Virus record (IMG/VR): IMGVR_UViG_3300024255_001563
Coordinates: 32,001-96,000 of that record
Length of the DNA: 64,000 nucleotides
Reading direction: 5' to 3' (one strand)
Source of the DNA: a virus
Taxonomy: Duplodnaviria; Caudoviricetes
The position numbers were made by a program, and so were the translations under genes. Positions 57,781 to 64,000 of this stretch are shown piece after piece (the stretch's first letter is position 1; every line of letters starts with the position of its first letter). The notes under the pieces are model-generated. The model had not been told where the DNA came from. It was given only the letters and a program-made list of their open reading frames with translations, and searched no databases.

Positions 57781-58959
57781 TTAGCTAAAGCTTACATTAC
57801 CATTAGTAATTGCAACGTTAGCTAAGTAATCAGCTGCGTTACCAAGCGATGATGCTGTGTTGTTTAACTCAACATATCCGTAACGTGTCATGAATGACAC
57901 TGTTGGTTCGAATGATGTTGGGTCAAGCACAACGCCTGAGCTCATTAGTGGGATGTATGGGCAATAGAATGCTGCTGCATCTGATTCACTTGAACCTTTG
58001 TAGCCAACTAGTACTGCTGTACCGTCACCTGCATATGTGTCTACATAGACACGCATTGCGTTATTTAATGTACCAACCATTTTAGTGTTAGTTGGTGCTT
58101 CAAATGTACCCTCTGTTGTACGTGCAAATGCGCTTGTAGTAGCACTTTGTAGAATTGTTAGCGCAAATGGGCTAACGACTGCAAAGTTACCTGCGCCTCT
58201 GCGTGTACGCTGAGCGATTAGGTTTGATGCACGGTTGATTTGTACTGCAAGTGCTGCATGCTCGTCACCAACAAATGTTGCTGTACCAGACACGCCCGCT
58301 TGGTCGTATGTTTCAACTGCTGCACCACTTAGTGTGCGTAAAGAAGCTAATACTTCTTGATCGATTTCAGCAGTAATCTCTTGTGCTAGAGCAGCCATAA
58401 TTTCTGCTTCAACATCAATACCATGTTGGGACTGAGCATCTTGAGCTGATTCAAACGTCCAACGAGCACTCAACTTACGAGTTTTCGCTTCAACAGTTTG
58501 CTTCAAGATCTGAATGCTTAGTTGATTACCAGCTGCACCTTCAAGAGCTGCTGTACTGTTTGCTGCACCAGGGTTTGCTTCATCACCTGAATATGATGTT
58601 GCAATTTTGAATGGGCTTAGAGCCTCTTCACCTGCTGTTGCACCGTTGGCGCCCGCATTCACAGTGTCGCTATAACGAACACGTAGAGTGTGGATTTGAC
58701 CAACTGGACCAGTCATAGGCTGAACACCTACGATTTCATTAGCAATGACTGTTGGCATTACACGTCTGATCACTGGTAGGATCACACGATTTAGAGTTGC
58801 TACGTTACCGGCAGAAGTAGCGCCTGCAGTGGCTGTCTCTGACAAATACTTACGTGTATTTTCCAAAGTTGCGGCCATTACAGATTTCTTGTTGCCATTT
58901 AGGCCTTCAAGAAGTGCTGTCTTCGTATCCTGCCAGCGACTTTCTAGTAGTTCTGACAT
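57781..58959 (-). CDS. gp23: Major capsid protein
   Basis: PVIRRVMP..IANEIVGVQPMTGP.G, KQTVEAKTRKL.ARW..E.AQD...HG.D.EAE, FYCPYIPL, TRYG. Confidence 0.97.
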   Translation of the reverse strand: MSELLESRWQDTKTALLEGLNGNKKSVMAATLENTRKYLSETATAGATSAGNVATLNRVILPVIRRVMPTVIANEIVGVQPMTGPVGQIHTLRVRYSDTVNAGANGATAGEEALSPFKIATSYSGDEANPGAANSTAALEGAAGNQLSIQILKQTVEAKTRKLSARWTFESAQDAQSQHGIDVEAEIMAALAQEITAEIDQEVLASLRTLSGAAVETYDQAGVSGTATFVGDEHAALAVQINRASNLIAQRTRRGAGNFAVVSPFALTILQSATTSAFARTTEGTFEAPTNTKMVGTLNNAMRVYVDTYAGDGTAVLVGYKGSSESDAAAFYCPYIPLMSSGVVLDPTSFEPTVSFMTRYGYVELNNTASSLGNAADYLANVAITNGNVSFS

Positions 58960-58969
58960 TTCAATCTCC

Positions 58970-60070
58970 TTAATTCAATCCAGCAAGACGACGAATGTCT
59001 AATACATTACTATCATCTTCTGTACTACTGTTTGTTTGCGAAACCATTTCGCGGTTGCCTGTTACTTTTGTGCCTTCTGTAATTACTGCCTTACGCTTTG
59101 CTGGAGAATTTCCGTCAATAACTGATGGTAAGTACTTGTCAAAAGATTTTTGAAGTCTTTCGGTTTGTACTGATTCCAGTAAGTCTGTCATAATTTCTTT
59201 TTGATCCTTTGATAAAGGAGCAATTAAGTCATTAATTGTCTTCTCACGTTTTGCTGATTCAATTAAGCGTGATTTCTCTTTGTTAACTGATTCTGCGAGA
59301 GTTTTTGCTTTCGTAGCAAATGCCTTAGCTTCTGACAGTTGTCGATCTTTAACATCAATAACTTTTAGAAGTTTAGTTGTTTCTGATTTTTCATTTAAGT
59401 GAGAAACCATATATTCATTTGCAAATGCTTCAAAAATCTTACGACCGAAGTCGTTGCTACGTGCTGCATCGATATCTTCTTTCAGTGCTGAAATCTCTTT
59501 TTTGAGACCTTTTGCAACTGTTTCTGATACTGCTGTAGCACTTCTTTCGATAAAGTCTTTTTTGACTTTAGCAAAGTGCGTTTTAGCTTCACGTACTAAA
59601 CGTACTTTTGTTTCAGCTAAATCTTTTTTATCCTCATGGAACTCTGCTATCTCTGTAGATAGAGCTTCTACAACAAACTCTTCTAGCTTGGCATATGATT
59701 CTGCCATTGCTTTCTTGTCTGCTCGTAGTTCTTGAATTTCTTTTTGTAGCTGTTCAGCTACAAACCCTTTTAGTAGATTTGCATTTTCACGTTGTGCAAC
59801 GGCAAACTTAGCTTTTGCTTCAGCTAGCTGCGCACGATCTTGTGTAAATTCTGCAATTTCTTCTGTTAGGCGCTCAGAAAGCATGGCATCAATGGCTTCA
59901 ACCATTGTTGCTTTATCATGCTCGTATTTACTAGCAAATTCTTCACGTAACTCAGCAGTTGCCTGCATTTTGTTTTCGTGAATCTTGCCTTTCCAAGCTT
60001 CTTCAATCTGTGCTCTGATCTCGTCCGATACAACATCGTTTTCAAAGAGTGTTTTCAGTGCATCTATCAT
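58970..60070 (-). CDS. gp22: Prohead scaffold/core protein (gp22-like)
   Basis: Long coiled-coil, Glu/Lys/Ala-rich; lies between protease and capsid genes. Confidence 0.75.
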   Translation of the reverse strand: MIDALKTLFENDVVSDEIRAQIEEAWKGKIHENKMQATAELREEFASKYEHDKATMVEAIDAMLSERLTEEIAEFTQDRAQLAEAKAKFAVAQRENANLLKGFVAEQLQKEIQELRADKKAMAESYAKLEEFVVEALSTEIAEFHEDKKDLAETKVRLVREAKTHFAKVKKDFIERSATAVSETVAKGLKKEISALKEDIDAARSNDFGRKIFEAFANEYMVSHLNEKSETTKLLKVIDVKDRQLSEAKAFATKAKTLAESVNKEKSRLIESAKREKTINDLIAPLSKDQKEIMTDLLESVQTERLQKSFDKYLPSVIDGNSPAKRKAVITEGTKVTGNREMVSQTNSSTEDDSNVLDIRRLAGLN

Positions 60071-60083
60071 TACTTTCTCCTGT

Positions 60084-60707
60084 TCACTGGAGTTTGTTGA
60101 TTATATTAATCAACGATTCCTTAAGATACTTTTGTGCCTTAGTGTCATGTTTTGTTGCCTGTGCTAGTTCATATGCCTTCATTCCCCCACGTGCATTTAT
60201 CAAATGTTCATAAATTGGTGTAGGATATGCACCGGGGGCGCTGGGCTGAGCCACAACGTCCACGGTGATAATTTCGAAATCAGAAACGGTGTTACTGCCG
60301 TCGTCTGATACGTTACCACTACCACGCGACGAGACGCCTAGTTTAACGCCTGCCTCAAGCATCGTTTTAACTAGGTTTCCCATTGGTGTTGGTAGTATTT
60401 TTAGTTTACCGTAACCGTTATCACCTTCCATCCACGTTTCCGTGATCATATGGCTAACACGGTCAATGTTAATATTAAGACCTTCTGGATGATCAACTTC
60501 ACCGAGAACACTGTATCCTCCAGTAATTTGATCATTGAGAGTTTTGACAGCCCTGCCGATTTCATCTACAGGATACACTCGCTGATTAGCGTTGCGAACA
60601 CCACCTTGGATCATAATACCTTTTAAATAAAGGTCTTTTCCTTCGTTGGCACCCTCAAGCACTATATTAGCTTGGTCGAATGTCAAATGCTCTTGTAAGT
60701 TTCTCAT
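60084..60707 (-). CDS. gp21: Prohead protease
   Basis: LKGIMIQ...NANQRVYP...GEVDHP...RVSH...GKLKIL.TPMG...GVSSRGSG...DVVAQPSAP.A. Confidence 0.95.
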   Translation of the reverse strand: MRNLQEHLTFDQANIVLEGANEGKDLYLKGIMIQGGVRNANQRVYPVDEIGRAVKTLNDQITGGYSVLGEVDHPEGLNINIDRVSHMITETWMEGDNGYGKLKILPTPMGNLVKTMLEAGVKLGVSSRGSGNVSDDGSNTVSDFEIITVDVVAQPSAPGAYPTPIYEHLINARGGMKAYELAQATKHDTKAQKYLKESLINIINKLQ

Positions 60708-60723
60708 CTAGATTTCCTTACGG

Positions 60724-61719
60724 TTATTTGCCTACAACAGATTTTTTGTTGTCAGCAGTCTCAGGCTTGCCCTTTTTCTCAGCGCCGTGGCCTGGTTGCG
60801 ACTTCATTGATTTTGAAGCCTTACCGCCTGGAACATTTACATTCCCTGCGTTATCTTCTTTTTCGGCTGGGTTAGCTAATCCACCGGATGTACCGCTTTC
60901 GTCAGCTGTTTCACCTTGTACAAGATTTCCTGCTGTGCCGCCCATATCGTTTTTACCTGCTACTGCTGACTTAGTGTTTGCACCGTTGTCACCCATTGTA
61001 GCTGATACTTTTTCTACATACTCACGCATTTGTTCGCCTGCGCTTTTTACTGATTCGTCCATGTCTTTAGCTGCATCACCATACTTCTTTTCAAATTCTG
61101 CTTTTGACATGTTTTCTTTGTCTTTGATCATCTGCTCTGAATGACCACCTTCTTCGATTTCAGTGTCGTCTGACTCGTCAACTTCTTCGTCGGTTGCTTC
61201 AAACGCAAATGCTTCTTCTGGCTCTTCTTCACCTTCGTCGTCGCCCATGTCATCCATGTCGTCGTCGCCTTCGTCGTCGCCAGCCATCATTTTTTCAAAT
61301 TCTGCTTTTAGGTCGTCTAGTGCGTCTTCTAGGTCTTCAACACGATCTTCAACATCGCCTTCGCCTTCTTCGTCGCCTTCGTCGTCGCCATCTTCGATGT
61401 CACCTATCATGTTGTCTGCTGCATCGCCACCTATATCCATTGGATCTGCTTCTACTTCAAACTCGTCTAGGTCAAAACCTTCTTCAACTTCTTCGTCAGT
61501 TGCTTCATCTAGGTCTTCATCTGATTCATCTACTTCTTCATCAGTTGCTTCTTCAACTTCGTCATCTGACTCGTCTACTTCTGCTTCATCTTCGAGTAGT
61601 GATTCATATATATCTCTTGATTTTTCTACCACAATCTCGTGGAATAATGCTTCTGCACCATCTTTATCTTCGTTGATAAGAAGGTCGAGCATTTCTTCGA
61701 ATTTATTACGATCTGCCAT
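60724..61719 (-). CDS. Highly acidic prohead core protein
   Basis: 331 aa, extreme D/E content, DEEVDES/EATDEE repeats; TAAATA 61773-61778; in the head operon. Confidence 0.6.
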   Translation of the reverse strand: MADRNKFEEMLDLLINEDKDGAEALFHEIVVEKSRDIYESLLEDEAEVDESDDEVEEATDEEVDESDEDLDEATDEEVEEGFDLDEFEVEADPMDIGGDAADNMIGDIEDGDDEGDEEGEGDVEDRVEDLEDALDDLKAEFEKMMAGDDEGDDDMDDMGDDEGEEEPEEAFAFEATDEEVDESDDTEIEEGGHSEQMIKDKENMSKAEFEKKYGDAAKDMDESVKSAGEQMREYVEKVSATMGDNGANTKSAVAGKNDMGGTAGNLVQGETADESGTSGGLANPAEKEDNAGNVNVPGGKASKSMKSQPGHGAEKKGKPETADNKKSVVGK

Positions 61720-61828
61720 ATCTATCTCCTATAAATTTTATCACACTTAACCAGTGTGGGGCTGTCATAATGTATTTACTTAATAGATATAAAAGTGCGC
61801 AGAAATAGGCTCAAAACAGGCCATTTAT

Positions 61829-62605
61829 TCACGAGTTAGTAGTTTCTTCAATAATTTCTATAAAACTCTTAACATTTATGTGTTTTAAATTCTTAAATTT
61901 AGCTAAATCTTTTGGTATATACGAGTCATCTTCAATAACTCTTACATAATTTATTTTTGGGTTTGTTTGTATAACACTTGATGTTTGACGCATCCAGTTT
62001 CCAAAGAAGGTTGCACTATCGGTAGATTTTTTATAATTTGCAGTGTTTGAATATACATTATTAAAATGTTTGCCATCATTTAATCCTCTATAATCAAATC
62101 CTAAAATATAAATTGTTTCATACTTGTGTTCTGAAGCTAACCATAATGCAGTAGGACCACTACTCCAACCTTTACTCGGATTAAAATAATTAAAATGTTT
62201 AAATTTTACATATGACCTGTTTGGATTTGTCCAAACTTCATTTTTCTTTTGATATCCTGATTTATTAATTTCTAATATCATTTTAGTATCAACAGCAACT
62301 AAGTAATCAGGTTTATAATGTCTATAAAGAGCATTACATCCGTAAACTCTTCCCATCTGTTGCAAAGGTGACAATGGAATATTAGCTCTGCTAGTACCGT
62401 TACCTAATACAAAGGCAATTTTACCTTTGCTTTCTTCTTTTTTATATTTGTTTTGATTTTCTAAATTGTCGCTTATTGTATTAACTTGAACTTGTTTTTT
62501 TGCAGCTTCGCGACTTTCTCTTTCTTGCTGCTTTGTCTTTTTTCTTTGTTCTTTGATAACTTTCCACTGAGACTTTGTGTATTGAGACTTATCTAGTTTT
62601 ACCAT
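61829..62605 (-). CDS. DUF115/MptE-like (sialyltransferase-fold) putative glycosyltransferase with a basic N-terminal extension
   Basis: AFVLGNGTSR...VYGCNALY...PDYLVAVD...WSSGPTAL.LA...IYILGFDY. Confidence 0.65.
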   Translation of the reverse strand: MVKLDKSQYTKSQWKVIKEQRKKTKQQERESREAAKKQVQVNTISDNLENQNKYKKEESKGKIAFVLGNGTSRANIPLSPLQQMGRVYGCNALYRHYKPDYLVAVDTKMILEINKSGYQKKNEVWTNPNRSYVKFKHFNYFNPSKGWSSGPTALWLASEHKYETIYILGFDYRGLNDGKHFNNVYSNTANYKKSTDSATFFGNWMRQTSSVIQTNPKINYVRVIEDDSYIPKDLAKFKNLKHINVKSFIEIIEETTNS

Positions 62606-62607
62606 TA

Positions 62608-62853
62608 TTAAACACCTGCTTCAGCATTAGATTGTATGCCATACATTTGTCTAACAAATACTAGTTCCTTCTCCTGTTCTTCTTTGTGAAATTCACTAGC
62701 TTTTCTTATTTTATTAATTTGGCTTAATGTTAATCTTGTTTTTCTTGTATCGTCATAATCTACTGGAGATTCATCAGATGCAGGATCGTAAGTAGTGTCA
62801 TCTACTGTCTCTAAAGTTTCTTTGTCAAAATAAAATAATTCACGTAGTATCAT
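62608..62853 (-). CDS. Small head-module protein
   Basis: 81 aa; TAAATA 62859-62864 lies 5 nt before the ATG. Confidence 0.65.
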   Translation of the reverse strand: MILRELFYFDKETLETVDDTTYDPASDESPVDYDDTRKTRLTLSQINKIRKASEFHKEEQEKELVFVRQMYGIQSNAEAGV

Positions 62854-62861
62854 GTTAGTAT

Positions 62862-64000
62862 TTATACAGTTTGGCTAGTTGTTGTTGTTTCTGATCCTTG
62901 ACTATCAGTTGCACTAGAAGGACCATCTTCTGCTCCGCCTTCGATAGGAGTAACATCTCCTTCTAGTTCATCTTCTGCGCCAGTTAAATCGTCAGATATG
63001 CCTGCACCTGTAATTCCTTCGCTTCTAAGTTCTCCGCTAGCATCAGTTCCGTCTGCTGGCATTATGTCTTCATTTTCTTGTCGCCACAAGCGTTCGTTTT
63101 CTGCAACTTCTTCATCAGTCATTCCTAAGAACCTTTTTAGTGCAAATCTATTTGAAATATAAGGGATAGCACTCATTTGTGTGTATGTTGGTACACGAGC
63201 ATTATCAATTTCACTTTGACGATATGCAGCAAAGTTTTGTGGCGGTTGGAATCTAATATCAAACATTGAAGTATCAATGTTTATACCTTTTTCAAGTAAG
63301 TAGCGTTTAAACTCTGTGTTAAATTCTTCAATCACTAAGTTTTGTAAACGTTCACAGTAAGTATTAAATCTTAATTCTTGAATATATGCTGTACCCACTC
63401 TACCGTCATTATATTGGGCGGCACTGTCGTCAGCACCAGTTGGTAGGTAACTACTAGGTATACGCAAACCTCTAACCAATTTATTTGTGAAATATCTAAG
63501 GTCATCAATCTCTCCTAGGTTAGTACCGCCTGGTAGTGTTTCAACTTTTGATCCACGGCCTTCTGCTGTCTGTGGAAAAAAGTAATCTTCGTTGATTGAC
63601 AGAGGATTATATGAACTGTCTATGACATTTGATCCACCTCCTGTCGACGATGGGATACGTCTTTGATGTATTTCCGTTTTAACACGTTCCACAAATTGCA
63701 TAGCAAGGTGTGATGGCATGTTGCCCACATCAACGTAGAATACTCTGCGCTCTGGCGCACGTTGTACACGATAGATAATAATAGCATCTTCGAGTAATTC
63801 TTTTTGTTTGTATACTTTAAAAATAGTTTCAAGTAAACTATTACCAAAAGGAAAGTTGTTGTCTAAGCCTTCTGATAAACTTAAATGAACAACATGTTCA
63901 GCATCAACAGTGATTTCGTTTTCTTCTCTATGAAATCTGCTACCACTGGTCGATGTTTGAGGTTGTCCTACCATACCCCTTGCACCGCCGGAAGGTTGAT
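62862..64000 (-). CDS. gp20: Portal protein, 5' end outside the window
   Basis: LLEDAIIIYRVQRAPERRVFYVDVGNMP..A.QF, EDYFFP..EGRGSKVETLPGG.NLGEIDD..YF..KL.R.LRIP. Confidence 0.97.
   Translation of the reverse strand, partial: QPSGGARGMVGQPQTSTSGSRFHREENEITVDAEHVVHLSLSEGLDNNFPFGNSLLETIFKVYKQKELLEDAIIIYRVQRAPERRVFYVDVGNMPSHLAMQFVERVKTEIHQRRIPSSTGGGSNVIDSSYNPLSINEDYFFPQTAEGRGSKVETLPGGTNLGEIDDLRYFTNKLVRGLRIPSSYLPTGADDSAAQYNDGRVGTAYIQELRFNTYCERLQNLVIEEFNTEFKRYLLEKGINIDTSMFDIRFQPPQNFAAYRQSEIDNARVPTYTQMSAIPYISNRFALKRFLGMTDEEVAENERLWRQENEDIMPADGTDASGELRSEGITGAGISDDLTGAEDELEGDVTPIEGGAEDGPSSATDSQGSETTTTSQTV

Noticed and set aside
61163-61750. Long plus-strand Ser-rich and Leu/Arg-rich ORFs, and similar ones at 15765-17402, 29894-30449 and 59454-59735
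   Set aside because: These are antisense shadows of low-complexity or repetitive minus-strand genes, with no SD, promoter or motifs.
1-64000. tRNA genes, CRISPR arrays, integrases, introns or inteins
   Set aside because: None were seen by eye: terL, portal and capsid segments are uninterrupted and there are no regularly spaced direct repeats. tRNAscan-SE and cmscan would confirm this.

Overview
This is a 64 kb segment of a large, AT-rich T4-superfamily (gp23-type capsid) myovirus genome covering most of the virion morphogenesis region, mostly on the minus strand. Reading along the minus strand it carries: portal (partial), a glycosyltransferase-like gene, prohead core, protease, scaffold and major capsid; a roughly 28 kb block of giant paralogous tail-fibre/baseplate proteins; an AT-rich, mixed-strand enzyme island (2 flavin-dependent halogenase-like genes, a carbamoyltransferase, 6 2OG-Fe(II) oxygenases); a 1445-aa subtilase adhesin-like protein; neck genes gp15/14/13; sheath, tube, gp4, terS, two probable internal head proteins and terL (partial, missed by the ORF track). 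Main observations from the raw sequence: (i) a TAAATA late-promoter hexamer in most intergenic gaps, in six cases exactly 5 nt before an ATG with no SD, implying leaderless mRNAs; (ii) the enzyme island sits behind the same hexamers, suggesting a late virion-tailoring system; (iii) gp14 probably starts at an ATC codon; (iv) an ORF-poor, ~245-nt structured RNA with its own sigma70 promoter and terminator follows the capsid gene; (v) blue-copper-like and phycobiliprotein-like motifs occur in putative virion proteins. I found no tRNA, CRISPR array, reverse transcriptase or integrase. All family assignments come from motif recognition, not database searches.
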